In this document: positions 23,877 to 36,205 of the stretch, one piece after another
Layout: each line of letters starts with the position of its first letter
Position numbering within the stretch: position 1 is the stretch's first letter
Source: Cladosporium halotolerans
Taxonomy: Eukaryota
Length of the DNA stretch: 64,000 nucleotides
NCBI RefSeq assembly: GCF_011745625.1
Contig: NW_027191460.1
Coordinates: forward strand, 248,001 to 312,000
Reading direction: 5' to 3'
Made by a program: the position numbers and the translations under genes
Notes under the pieces: generated by a model
Seen by the model: the letters and a program-made list of their open reading frames with translations, nothing else
Told to the model about the DNA's origin: nothing
The model's database searches: none

Positions 23877-25593
23877 ACAGCTCCCGTTCCCTATAACCGC
23901 ATAATGCTGCGCGACTTCGGATGAAGCAAATATCTTCGTCCGACCGTTTCAACAACTCCCTCCCTCCCAACCCCCAAAACGACCTCAGGAATCTCACGAC
24001 GAAGCGAGAAAGAAGAAAGGAAGAAAGATACCCGAAAAGCGCATCCTCCACGATGTCACGAGAGCAGATCTTCACATGAAAGAAAAAAGTTTCAAATCTA
24101 GAGTAAAGTCGTAGATTAAAGAGAAAAAATGTCCAAACGACACGGCGATCTCGATCGCCCATCTCTGTAAAAAGCCCCGTTTCCCACCTGTCCCATCCAT
24201 TCCACCCCAGCAAGTGCTCCCTCTACTCTACCAAAGTCGCACGTTGTCGCACAGCATCCCGCCCCGCCGGCGAACGCCTCCGTCGTGCCGTGTCTCCGCC
24301 GCCTCGCGTCGCGTTGCACGAAATGCCCCCTGCCTTCAACTGCACGCACAGTGCGTGCCACCGCAGCCCGACGCCCGAGATAGCTAACGCGGGTCGCCGG
24401 GCGGGCGACGTCGCGGAGAGCTTTCTTTGTCTGCCGTGTTTTCGGGCGCGAGGGGATGACGGTGTGAGGAATGAATGGGAGGGAGGGAGGGAGGCTGAAA
24501 CGAGTGTTTCGTCGTGGGTGCGCGGGGGTTGTTGCCTGAGGGCTTGGTGCGGAGGGAGGGCTTTTCTTTGATGGCCTGGGTTGAGGAAGGATATAGTTTG
24601 AGACGGGAAATGAGACGAGGCGGAACGCAATGCGTGGCAGACTTGTGGTGTCGAAGGGGTGGATTGAGAAGTGCTCGGAGCGGCTCGAGCCTGCAAGAAT
24701 AAGAGGTAGTGGTGGGACCAGAGGTGAAAGTGAAAGCGAGCAATGTCAGTACAGCACAAGACGCGGATAAATCTATGAGTGTATGGATGAATGAGCCAGC
24801 CAGCAAACAGACAAACGTACAAAGTGTCCAGTAACAATGCTTCATCAGCCAACCGCCGCGCCCGAACCGACCTCATTGCTTCGTATTCATCCTCGTCGTT
24901 GCCTGTCGTCGAGTAGCCCCAATACAAGCCCCCTTGCATTAACCTCATTCGACATGCGAGACAAAGAAATACATGAGTGGGTACCGATACAATTCCAGAT
25001 ACAAATACAGAGACATAGAGAGAGAGACATAGGGAGAGAGGAAAGAGCAAGACATTATCATCAGCGGTATTTGGAGTATTAAGAAATAGTGGAGAGAAGA
25101 ATGAAAGGGAAAAAAAAGGACGAGAACGACCAACACGGCGAGATCGAAGGGATGCGTAGACCATGCAAGCAATGGAGGTATATCCAGCAACCCGATCCAA
25201 GCTAATCCGGAAAACCGAAAAGAAAACAAAACAAGAACAGTCCAATTGACGAGGGTTATACCGGAGCGCCGCGCTCAAGATCCAATTCCCTGTTCCAGCC
25301 CGGAGGGTCCGCCGCCTTTGGATGCTCGTATGCGTTACACCGTGTTCCTTGTGCGTGAGAGATATGATGCTTTGACAAAGAAATGGAGAGATGAGAGGGA
25401 AAAGACGCGAGCCGAAGGTGCGCACCTGTGACGCCCGGCTGGATCCAAGGGCGACTTGGCGCTTCCCCCTGCCGTTGTCGTACGGATACCGAATGCTGGG
25501 GTTGGTGCGTGCGAAACCGAGACCTGTAAAGATCGCCGTGCTACCGATCGGTCCACATCTCGGCCTCGCCTGTGGGTGAAGCGATCATGTGCT

Positions 25594-26909
25594 TCATCGT
25601 TGTCGAGCCGTGCCCGCGGAAGAGCCTTCAGGTCGAACGGCGGAACCTGCCTTGGGATCGGCTGGCGCTTCGAGAAGAGAGAGGCAGCGGAGGATGACTG
25701 GGAAGATGGTGTTAGCTCGTTTGCAACCTGCAGGGTTTGGTCGATACTCACGGTCCATGATCTCCTCTTCCGCAACGCCCATCTGATAGTCGACGAGTCC
25801 GTGCTTCTCGATATGGTCGCATAACCGCACAAGCTCTCTGCCAAGCTCCTTCAAGGAGTCGGTGTTGATAAGCGACTGTGACTCGTGCAGTCCTTGGCCG
25901 GTCTGGATCATGTCCTGCGTGATATCGCACTGGCGTTGCAGCGTTGTGAGCCAGGCGCGATTGAACTCGTCCCAAAGTCGGATGCGATCATCATGCAAGG
26001 CCTCGTCGTCCCGGGTGAGTCCTAGACATGCTGATTAGCGACGATCGAAAAAATTGAATCTTGCAGCTGTGTTGACTCACCAAGTCCCTCAGCGCTACCG
26101 AGAAGATACTGCGAGATCTGCAGTAGCTGTTCGGCCGTGCTTCGCAGGTCTCCCTCTCGAGCTCGCGTGAAAATTGTCCGAATCGAACTCTGGTAGCGAC
26201 TGAAGGCCTGATCGATCGAATCCGACGGCTGTTGAGGCTGCGTCGGGGTGTATTGTGACTGCTGGCTGTATGCTGAATACACAGCCGACTGCGACGAGTC
26301 GAGCATGGTCGTGTAGTTTGCCTGTGCTGAAGGACCAGGCTGCGCGTATGCGGTTTGCGAATACTGAGAAGGCATTTGAGCTCCCGCGAGCTCGGAAGAA
26401 GGAGCGCTAGTCGGTACGCTTTGTCCTGGCATGTAGTATTGTGCTTGTTGTGGCTGTTCGAACTGGGAGTGCAATGTCTCAGGCGCGGCGCCGGCGCGGG
26501 ATTGTCTGAATGCTGGTACTTGCTCGTAGGCCGTCGCAGACGCCTGTTGCCCTTGATGCATGTTATACATGACATTGGCTCCATACTGCTGGTACTGCTG
26601 CGTCTGTTGCCGTGGCTCTTGCGGTTGGTATTCCTGCCCATACTGCAATTGGGTCGCCGGCATCGATGTACCTGTCGCGTACTGCACACCTTGCGAAAAA
26701 TTGTACAGCTGCTGCGCGTCATGGCTGGCACGACTGGCTGCTTGTGCCGCCGTTGGCGACTGCTGCTGCATGTAGTTGGACTGTCTAAAGCGCTCGACAG
26801 ATCCTGGTGTCGCATACGGCCCAGCGGTCTGAGAAGAAGCCTGCTGTGGCTGCTGCGTTGGGTATGAAGTAGGCGCATACTGTCGTCGTGTCGGGTCATA
26901 ATGTTCCAT
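25594..26909 (-). CDS. Conserved Pezizomycotina Q/Y-rich protein, probably RfeF-like putative transcription regulator
   Basis: Exons 26909-26081, 26021-25752 and 25697-25594 (400 aa). Prion-like Q/Y/S N-terminus and a helical C-domain GLTRDDEALHDDRIRLWDEFNRAWL...ELVRLCDHIEKHGLVDYQMGVAEEEI. The RfeF name is from recollection and is unverified. Confidence 0.8.
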
Positions 26910-29900
26910 CACAGGGTGAAGGGTCCTCCAGCGGTCTGGCCGATCGGTGTCGTTACTCTTCAGCTGCGATGCTGGTGAAACGGGCGGGGTGTCATAGAAG
27001 ACAGCCACGATTGCAGTTGTGCTTGGGGGTGTCGTTAGGTGGGAGGGTTCGTTGCGCAACGAGGGTGAGGTTGCTGAATGACGTTGATCGTAATGGACGT
27101 TACACTATCGAAAGGCCGAATGCTTGCAGAGTCGATCGACCAGGAAGGGGCGCCAGCGGCTTTGAAGTGAAGTTGCTTTTTGATTACGCAGATTGCGGTC
27201 CCGCACAGACGAGCTGGTCAAATGACTTCACAAGGCTGAATCCCCAGGTGAGATCGTTCCGGCGAGCTGTGTCTTGTGCCGCCAAAAAAGTTGGTAGGAG
27301 CTCTGCCGCCAGAAGAAATGAAGCAAGGTTCCCGCCCAATGACAAAAGACTGATGACGCGCGCGACGGACAAAAGAACGACTCGAGGTCAGCCTGGAACG
27401 AGCGGCGGGCGGAGGGAGTGAGGGCGTGCGTGGATGAAGCGAGATTGGTTTCGACCAGCGCTGGCAAGAGATGAGGCGGGCAATGTCTGTCGCGACAAAG
27501 CTCGCGGAGGAGAGACGGCGGCGTCACAGCGCGTCTGTGGGCAGCAGGTACGGCAACGGCAGGAGCGCGGGGCACGACGTGTGTTGCGCCGGCGAGGGGG
27601 ACTGTGCCTGCGATCGCTCAAACTCTGAGCAGGGAAGGGGCGCCGAGAGATGGGCGCGTGGACGGCCACGCGAGCGGGCGGGCTGGGTCGAGCAGTCGGA
27701 GGTGGTGACGGCGGAGGGGGGGTCGGGGCAGTCGGTGACACGCCTGGGCCGCGCCGGCTGCAGGGGAGGAGGTGTCGCAAGAAGGCCGTTAGCGGTCGTA
27801 GGGCTAGGCGGGCGTTTGAGGACGAGGCGTCGCCGGCTACCCGGTACTGAGCGAGGTGCGTCGGGGATTTGAGGTGGGCGAGGTGGTGAAGAAAAAGGGC
27901 CGTGGCGTGCGAGCGGCGAGGCGAGGCTTGGGCGAGAGGGCCGGGATGGGCGGCGAGGCAGGCATGATCGCCGCCTGGCTCGTTGGTGAGGTTGTCGGCG
28001 CCCAAGGCTGGCGTTGACCGCGCGCAGAGGAGCGGCAAGGCGGTTCGCGGGCGTGATTGGCCGGCGGGCGGTGGACTTGAAGAGGAGCCAAAGGTGTAGT
28101 TTGCGGGCGCCGGCTAGTGTACCAGGTTGAGCTCCGGCGGGCGTGAAGAGCAGCTGGCAACGGCGGCGCGTCAGCTTGGGCATTGGGCAGAGGGCAGAGG
28201 GCAGAGGGCAGCGGGCACTGCGCGGCGGCCTGCGCCCTGCGTCCATCGTGCTGCTGGGCAGCGCGCGGGAGCATCTGAGGCCCGGCGGCGGCGTTCTCTG
28301 CTGCACGCCCTCTGCCGTGCTACGCCGCGGTCGAGGGCGCGTTACAGCTCGCACACGACCAGGCCCGCGCCTCACGCCGGTGGATGCGGCGCCAGGTGCG
28401 CGCTGGGCCCCACGCGGGAAGGCAAAACTAACGCCTTAGCCCACACCCTCCGAGCCTGTTTTGCGCGTGCGGCGGCGAGGGTGCGTCTGGCTGCGGGCAC
28501 CATGGTTTTACACTGCGCGCGATCCGCTGGGCAGGCGAAACGAGACGAGACGAGGCGCCACCGCGGCACACGCCCTCTCGTCCGGACTCGCGCGGACTCG
28601 AGCGTCAATGGCCGCGGCGGGCAGAGCGGCGAGCGCTGCGGTGCGGTGCGGTGCAGTGCAGTGCGGGACAGTACAGTACAGCAGTATAGCACACGACGAC
28701 ACGGCGCTGCACTGGCAGGCCAGCTAACGGCAGCAGGGGTCGCGGCGTGCAGCCAGCTGCATCTGCGGCGGCGGGTGGTGTGCAGCAGGCGGCCTGGTGT
28801 CGTCTATTCGTGGCAGGGGAGCGCGGTACCTGCAGTAAGTCGAAGCCAACGCCCCAGACTGCGCGCCCATGCTTGTTAGTGCGTGTGGTTCGCGGTGGAG
28901 CGCCACACGTGCCGGGCGTGCGCGATGCGGCGGCCAACGGTCATGCGATCGGCGAGTGCGTCCTGCGCTGCAGCGCTGGTGCAAGGCATGTAGGCTAGGT
29001 ACTCAGTACTGCTGTGTGGATGGACTGGCCGCCGTACCTGCGCATGAGTCGCGGGGCGCAAGCTTTGGGCGTGGCGGCGGTGGCGGCGATGCGCCTGTAT
29101 CTGGGCAATGCCGGTGCATGCCCGGCCGTCTCATCTTGTACCTACGCCCTCGGTGCGCTGTCAACGATCGTACCGCCTGCTATACCATACCACGCCATAC
29201 CATGCCGTCGCTGCACTCGCAACTCGATGTGCCGAGACAGCGAGAGGCGTCTGCCGGCGAGGGTGGCCGCGAGAGATGACGTGCCGGGCGTGCGGCCCCG
29301 TGCGTTTCTTCCAGAAAAACTCGAAACACCTCTCATTTCCGATTTCCCGGAGCGCAACGGCGCAACGGCCGTCGGTGACACGCACTTGTCAAGCCAAAAC
29401 CGCTGTGCCCTCCGCCGAGCTAGGGCATTGCATGGAGCATACCGAGGCTGCATTGTCAACGCTCAACGGCGATATCGACCAAGACTTGCTGTTCAGGTCA
29501 GGAGGTCGCGCCCAAGCGCTACTGTAAGGCACGCCCGTCGGCGGTCCCCCGAGGCTGCCCAGGCTGAGACGACGTTGCCAGATGCCGCCAGATCGCCCTC
29601 AAGCGAGCGCCGATCCGAAAATCGCGGGCAGTGCACAGCACTAAGGCATCTCCGCCTAACCACGACCACGGCCACACGTGCCCAATGGCTGCCCGAAAAG
29701 AAGCAAGCAGGAGGCAGAGCTGCCCTGCATCGAGGCCATGCGCGCGCGGAAGGGAGTATCCCGGCGATAGCAATCTAAACCATCGGCGCAAGTTCCATCC
29801 CTCGTCTCGCGCGCCAAACGCGCCTGCGCCCATCGATCGACCCTCCTACTACTCTCGCCAACAATCCTCCAATCTCCCTGCGGTCTAACCGTGCGCTGAC

Positions 29901-30783
29901 GTCTGTCCGCCTGATTTTCACGAATCGCGACATCAGCCGGGCCTCCCGTACCCCGTAAGGCTGAACGAACGGCGCGCACGCCGACTCGAGAGTCGAGGTC
30001 ATTCCCGATTCGTCGAATCAAGAAAGCAATCTTGTCGCTTTTGTACAGTAGCAGCTACACTAACGCAACGTCCAAGCCGGCCTTTGCGGCGCAAGCCGCC
30101 AGCCACCGATCCCCAATGCGCGCGCGTCGACAAGACGCGACCGCTGTCGCAGGATATGCCCCGCGCGCACAAGGGCCCCGAACTCTGCAGCAAATAACGA
30201 GTCGCAAAGCCGTCTACGTACGCCGCGTCGTCGTCGGCCGCCATCTCCACCGCCCTTTTCTGGATTCTTCCGTGGGTTTCAAGATACGAGCTTCGTCCAC
30301 TGCCGCGATCACATGCGGTGGCTGGGGACGAAGGCTCCGTCGGACTTTGATGACAAGGATTGGACATGTGATCCCCTACCGATACCGCATCTCCAACAAA
30401 AACAAGATCTCCGCGCTCCAGCCTCGCGCCTCAGTCTCGCAACCCGACGCTCAACCGCAGATCTTGAGCCCATTCGGCAACTGTTTAGGCTTCAATATTG
30501 CTGCAATACCTGCTTTTAATTCGACTTTGCTTCCGCGCCTTGCCTTTGCCCTAACTGCTGACCGTTGACTCAGCAAGCCTACTTTTGCTAGGCTCGTGCC
30601 CAGCGCTTGCAACATATTTTACATGCAGCAACCCAGGACTTCGTCCGGATAGTCGGGCGGACAACCGCTCCCATCCTTGCCAGCATTGCCTCGCAGGTGT
30701 ATACGAGCGGACAGACCAGGGAATCACATCGGTATCAAAGCACAAACGAGCCTCTGCGCAGTCATTCCCGCGCAAATATTTCC

Positions 30784-32631
30784 CTAGCCCGTCGTCCCAA
30801 GCCCTAGCCCAGTCACAACAACAGGCGCGCCGGCATTCTTCTCCCTCCTCACCTCTCGCGGCGCGTGCGCTTTCTGCCTGACCGTCCCGTACCTCTCGAC
30901 AGCCACCACCTCCCCCTCGCCCCCTTCCACCTCTCCTCCCCTCTCCACACCCTTATCCTTCCGCGCCGCCGGCCACGGCTTGCACAGATCGATCTTGTGC
31001 CGCGGGTACGCGAGCTCCAGAAAGCAGTAGATCAAATAATCGATCACCACAACAATGACAAACAACTTCCCCGCCCACACACCGCACCCGAAATACCGCT
31101 TCAGCCGGTCGATCAGCGCGAACGACTGCGTCGTCCCGGGCTGCCCGTAGTTCTCCCACTCGCTGTTGTAATACTCCGAGTTGTCCTCCGCGCTCGCCGA
31201 CCCCGTGATCAGGTCGTAGACGCGCTCCGTGCGCCGCGCGATGTCCGCCCACGAGTACATCATGCGCACCTGGTCGTGGAAGCGGTCGCGCCGCACCGCC
31301 CTCGCCGTCAGCAGGCCCACCGCCTCCGTCACCCCGCGCACCACGTCCGCCACCTCCGGCAGCACGAACACCGTCATGTTGCCCGGCAGCACCTCCGGCA
31401 CGCCGCCCACGCGCGTCGCGACGACCATCAGCCCGCAGCTCGCGGCCTCCACCAGCACGGTGCCGAACGCCTCCGTCAGGCTCGTCGACAGCAGCAGGTG
31501 CCCGCGCACCATGACGTCGCGCACCTCCTCGTGCCGGATGCTGCCCATGAGGACCACGCGCGACTGCCCGCTGGGCAGGTAGACGAGCTGCTGCGGCAGG
31601 GAGTCGAGGGTCTGCTCGAGGTCGATGGCCTTGGGCCCGCTGCCGGCGATGATGAAGCGGAGGTTGGGGTGCATGCGGAGGAGGAGGGGGAGCGCGCTGA
31701 TGAGGAGGTCGGTGCCTTTGTTGTAGAAGAGGCGCGAGATGACGATGATCGTGATCGGGTCGCCGGGGCCGAGCGGCTGGCTGGGGTCCGGGGGCGAGGG
31801 GAGGAGGAGGCCCTTGTCGCCGTAGAGCTGGGGAGTTTTCACTTCGTGCGGTTGGAGCGGGCGGAAGTTGCTCGCGACGACGGCGTTGGGGATCACGGAG
31901 ACGCTGAGGGGGTTGAGGCTTGCGCGGAGGGTGGTGTTTTCTTTGCTTGAAGATGTTAGCTGTGCTGCGCGTAGGAGATCTGTGGGGATAAGATGGGCGT
32001 ACCAGGTGTGCGAGACGCAGACGACGTGGTCGACGTCGCTGAGGGAGAACTTGAGCAGTTTGTTCGCCATGATGCTGGCTGCGTCGCTGAAGCCGAAAAG
32101 CGAGTGGTCGGTGAAGACGGTGCGCAGGCCCATCGTGCGCGCGTGCAAGATGCCCTCGTGGCACAGGTTGCTGAGAGACGCATGTCCGTGGACGATTTGG
32201 ATCTGCTCGCGAATGAAGATCTGCCTGAGGAGTGGGAAGGAGCTGAATACTGTTGGAAATGTTGTACTCCGGTAGACGACCCAGTGAGGTAGGTGGTAGA
32301 CTTTGACGCGGTTTGTCAGGTACCGAACGCCCGCTCGCGAGGGAGAATCATAGGCGTGGGTTATGATGATCACTCGATGGCCGCGATCGATCAGTTTCTA
32401 GTGTTTGGTCAGTATCTTGAATTTACTGGACGTTCGACAATAATGCATCGACGGATGAAGTCGATGAATGTCAATGGGGAATGCGCCTACCGACGACAAT
32501 TGATAAATGTGACTCTCTACACCGCCTGGCTGCGGGTAGAAGAAATCAGAGATCATCCTAGACAGTAATCAGCTTATATTCTCTTGGATGTTGTCTTCTT
32601 GAGACCAGACATACGCGATGTTATACGGCAT
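30784..32631 (-). CDS. SPT14: PI N-acetylglucosaminyltransferase catalytic subunit (PIG-A/Gpi3/Spt14)
   Basis: Exons 32631-32615, 32557-32491, 32397-32003 and 31945-30784 (546 aa). MPYNIAMISDFFYPQPGGVESHIY, VFTDHSLFGF, CVSHTCKEN, TSLTEAFGTVLVEAASCGL, VGGVPEVLP and a C-terminal TM helix. Confidence 0.96.
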
Positions 32632-32985
32632 GTTGACGGTTGTCGTGGCGCCTCGCAGGCGCTCATCCAGTCAAAGTCCAACGCATTATCGACCCGTCAC
32701 GAATGACCAGTTGTCAAGACGCGCTCCCAAAGAGACCTCCGCCAAAGCAATGCCTCCTGAGCAAAAGTGGTACAATTATGTTGCTTGATACCCGCACCAC
32801 GCCAACGCCCCCTCGAACAGCTGTCGCCGCAGCCGCGTTCGTTGACCTCCTCTTGGCACTGGCTTCCCCGAGCTTCCGAACTTTCACATGCAGCGGCACG
32901 AGCGGGGACTGCGCGAAGCGAGGTCAAATGTTTGAGCGAACAATTCCATCCCAACTTTTTGCGACCGACCAACAACCCCCCGGCC

Positions 32986-35841
32986 ATGGCGCCGCTCTAC
33001 AACCGCTACGTGCCACCCAAAGCCACGGCACCCGTCGCCGCGGCTCCGGCTCCGAGTGCACCAGCGCCTGCATCGCCGGACGCCGACAAAAAGCGCAAGC
33101 GCGAGCGCAGCGAGGAGCAGAAGGCTGAGCGGAAAGCGAAGAAGCTGCGCAACAAGGATGTCGAGGAGGAGGAGGATGCTGCTGCTGCGCCGGCGATTGT
33201 CGCGGTGACCGAGGCACCTGTAGTGGAGCCTGTTGTCCCGAATGAAATCAAGCCGAATCCGAAGAGCGAGTTTGCGCATGTCACGAATATCAAGAAAAGG
33301 CACAAACTGGAGAAGGAGGCCAGGAAAGCTCGAAAGGAGGCAGAGAAGACGGGCGTGAACGTTGGTGAGGCGCAGGCTGTGAGTGCTGAGGCAGATGCTG
33401 TTGCGCCTTCGGCGTCTTCTGCAAAACACAATGCGACTGCGCCAGGCAGTGAAGGAGAAGTTGACGGGGAGGGATTACAAGATGCCACAGCTGGAGAGAC
33501 AACAAGGCGGAAGAAGCGACGAAAGGATACGGAAGCAGAGCAAACCGCTGGTGCGATCGAGGAGGTGAACGGCAGCGAAAGCATTTTGCCCGATCAGGAC
33601 GGGATGGTCCTCGATGTTACAAATGGGAACGTGGCGACCACAGAACCCGCAAAACGTCGGCATAAGCTGGAAGATGTACTACAACAGGCAAAGAAGCCAA
33701 GCCGCAAGGCCAAAGGCGAGAGCGAAGATGATCATCTCAAGAACTACACCGGCGTGATGGACAAATTTCAGAAGGCGAGGCAATTGGCTGAGCTTAAAGA
33801 AGCTGAGAAGCCACAAGAAGAGAAGGCTGGGCCGGAACCAGAAGTGCAAAAACGAGACCTCGCGCCTTTTCCACAACCAGTGAACGAGCCCAAGGAGTTC
33901 AAGCCGACCTTCTCTGCCCTGCCGTCATGGCTGACGAAGCCTACCACCATTTCGAGCGAGGCCAGAGTCTCGTTTGCTGAGATGGAACTCTCGGAGTCTA
34001 CTGTCAAGCACCTCGCCGACCTATCTTTCCGCGAAGCTCTGCCGGTCCAGCAAGCACTCATTCCATTGCTCCTTCAGCCTGGTACTAAAGGCTCCAAATT
34101 CTTGCCTGGAACGGACAATGTTCTCCCGGACGTTGCAGTAAGTGCTGCGACGGGAAGCGGCAAGACTATCGCATATCTCTTGCCGATGATCGAAGCTCTC
34201 AAAAGTACCACATCGCAAGAAAGGCTGCGCGGACTTGTCGTGGTGCCGACAAGGGAACTTGTGATGCAAGTTGCTGCTGTGGCCGAAAGCCTTGCGAAAG
34301 GCAGCAGTTTGAAAGTGGGCATCTCGAGTGGTGTAGGAAGGTTCAAAGATGAACAGCAACGACTCATTAACACCGGCCGCAAATACGACCCTGCCGCATA
34401 CGCAGAGCTGATGCAGAAAGCTCACCGAAGAGACAACCCGCCACCCATAGACAGCGAAGACTTCGAGGCTTATGCGGATGAACTGGAGCAGTGGACCGAC
34501 CGCCAGGAACAGGAACTTCAGGATGCACTGCACAGACTGGAGGACCACGTTCCTGAATATACGTCTGCTGTGGATTTACTTGTGTGTACTCCTGGACGAC
34601 TTCTAGAGCATTTGGGATCGACTCTTGGCTTCAGCATTGCATCTGTCGCGTGGCTTGTTCTGGACGAAGCCGACAAGCTGTTAGATCAGCAGTACGACGG
34701 GTTTCTGCAGCGTGTGGACGAAGAGCTGTCGAGACCTCGCACCGAAGTTGAGCAGGACGCGAGGGAAAAGTATCTGCGGGCAAAGGGCTTGTGGGATGAT
34801 CGGTTTGAGAGGCGTGTCAGGAAGGTCGTGCTGAGTGCTACCATGACTAGAGACATCTCTAAACTCACAGCATTGAAGCTGAGGAGACCTCACCTGGTGG
34901 TTGTACAAGGCGCAGAGCAGAAGCATGCTCGGAGTGTTGATGCAACCAACGACACAGAAATGCTTGACTCGGAGACGGGCGCTTTCGAGATTCCACCCAC
35001 ATTGAAGGAATACTGCGTTCCTGTTGGCGACGGTAGCGAGAAGCCTTTACAGCTCCTTGACTTATTGCAGTCAAGGGTGCTGGCAAGCCAGGCTCCGAAG
35101 AGCATCAAGGAGTCTCAGGCAGAGCGGGCGTCTGACTCCGATTCAGATTCGAGCTCGAGCGACAGCGATTCCTCCGACGAATCAGACAGCGATGATTCCG
35201 ATTCCTCATCTTCGTCTTCGGAAGACGTTAGTGAAGACGATTCAGATGACAGCGAGGCTTCCTCCAGCAGTGACGAGTCGGAAGTCTCTAAGACCGAGAA
35301 GGCTCCTACTGCCAGCCACGGCCAGGAATCTGGTAGCGCAGCACCTGCCCCCACGGTTCTGATCTTCACTGCCAGCACCGAATCTGCCTCACGTCTGTCT
35401 CATCTGCTGCGGGGTCTGCGCCCCGACTGGTCGGCATTCATCACCACACTGACGAAGACAACTCACAACGCCAACCACCGCGCAACGAAATCCACCGACC
35501 CGGTCATCACCATCGCAACCGACCGAGCCGGTCGTGGTCTCGACACTCTCTCCGGCCGCCGCATCACTCACGTACTCCAGTACGACGTGCCCCGCGCTCT
35601 GACCGCATACGTTCACCGCGTGGGCCGTACTGCGCGTGCTGGAGCTAGCGGAGAGGCTTGGACGTTCTACTCTGATCGTGAAGCGAGATGGTTCGTTAAC
35701 GAGATCATGAGAGCGGTTAACGTGAGAAGGTCCGAGCCGGTGGAGAGGGTCAGGTTACAGGCTGGCGGAGAGGAGCTCAAGGACAAATTTGCTGAGGTGC
35801 TTGCTGGTATGAGAGAGGCGGTGTTTGGAGGTGGAAAGTAA
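32986..35841 (+). CDS. DBP6: DEAD-box RNA helicase Dbp6 (60S biogenesis)
   Basis: MAPLYNRYVPPK N-terminus, ATGSGKT, VVVPTREL, VCTPGRL, LDEADKLL, LSATMT, HRVGRTARAG, plus Dbp6-type LPSWL and IPPTLKEY motifs. 951 aa, no intron, divergent from SPT14. Confidence 0.9.
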   Translation: MAPLYNRYVPPKATAPVAAAPAPSAPAPASPDADKKRKRERSEEQKAERKAKKLRNKDVEEEEDAAAAPAIVAVTEAPVVEPVVPNEIKPNPKSEFAHVTNIKKRHKLEKEARKARKEAEKTGVNVGEAQAVSAEADAVAPSASSAKHNATAPGSEGEVDGEGLQDATAGETTRRKKRRKDTEAEQTAGAIEEVNGSESILPDQDGMVLDVTNGNVATTEPAKRRHKLEDVLQQAKKPSRKAKGESEDDHLKNYTGVMDKFQKARQLAELKEAEKPQEEKAGPEPEVQKRDLAPFPQPVNEPKEFKPTFSALPSWLTKPTTISSEARVSFAEMELSESTVKHLADLSFREALPVQQALIPLLLQPGTKGSKFLPGTDNVLPDVAVSAATGSGKTIAYLLPMIEALKSTTSQERLRGLVVVPTRELVMQVAAVAESLAKGSSLKVGISSGVGRFKDEQQRLINTGRKYDPAAYAELMQKAHRRDNPPPIDSEDFEAYADELEQWTDRQEQELQDALHRLEDHVPEYTSAVDLLVCTPGRLLEHLGSTLGFSIASVAWLVLDEADKLLDQQYDGFLQRVDEELSRPRTEVEQDAREKYLRAKGLWDDRFERRVRKVVLSATMTRDISKLTALKLRRPHLVVVQGAEQKHARSVDATNDTEMLDSETGAFEIPPTLKEYCVPVGDGSEKPLQLLDLLQSRVLASQAPKSIKESQAERASDSDSDSSSSDSDSSDESDSDDSDSSSSSSEDVSEDDSDDSEASSSSDESEVSKTEKAPTASHGQESGSAAPAPTVLIFTASTESASRLSHLLRGLRPDWSAFITTLTKTTHNANHRATKSTDPVITIATDRAGRGLDTLSGRRITHVLQYDVPRALTAYVHRVGRTARAGASGEAWTFYSDREARWFVNEIMRAVNVRRSEPVERVRLQAGGEELKDKFAEVLAGMREAVFGGGK

Positions 35842-36205
35842 ATATTACTTTGTAGAAATATCGAAGATATGAGATCATAGCTCCATGCGTAGCGTGGTGC
35901 AACATTTATTTATTACTTAGTGTGCTCACTCAGCAAACGTATAGTGATGTAGATGCGAGCTGATTAGCCTCATAGCAATAACTAGGAATATGAACAATTT
36001 AACGTAGTGATCGAGCCCACATTAGTCCTGTAGACAAGCCTAGTATCGAATCTGGGAACTAATGTTAACGCAGTGGACTTGATCATTCCAGTTAAAGCGT
36101 AGCAGCGGTCGACGACCAAGCGTTGCGAGCAAAATCCGCATGCCGAAAACTGCACCTCGACTTTCTTCTCGGCTTCGACCCATCACATCCGCCGCGCGAC
36201 CCACA

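Noticed and set aside
23216..25425. Minus-strand ORFs of 211, 254 and 400 aa
   Set aside because: The first is antisense to codon-biased ADO1. The others translate pyrimidine-rich 3'UTR-like sequence with no recognisable domain.
27388..30568. Numerous 100-280 aa R/A/P-rich ORFs
   Set aside because: They overlap in all frames, as expected at very high GC, and show no motifs or consistent splice model.
30865..32164. 361-aa (+) and 403-aa (-) ORFs overlapping SPT14
   Set aside because: Alternate-frame artefacts of extreme GC3.
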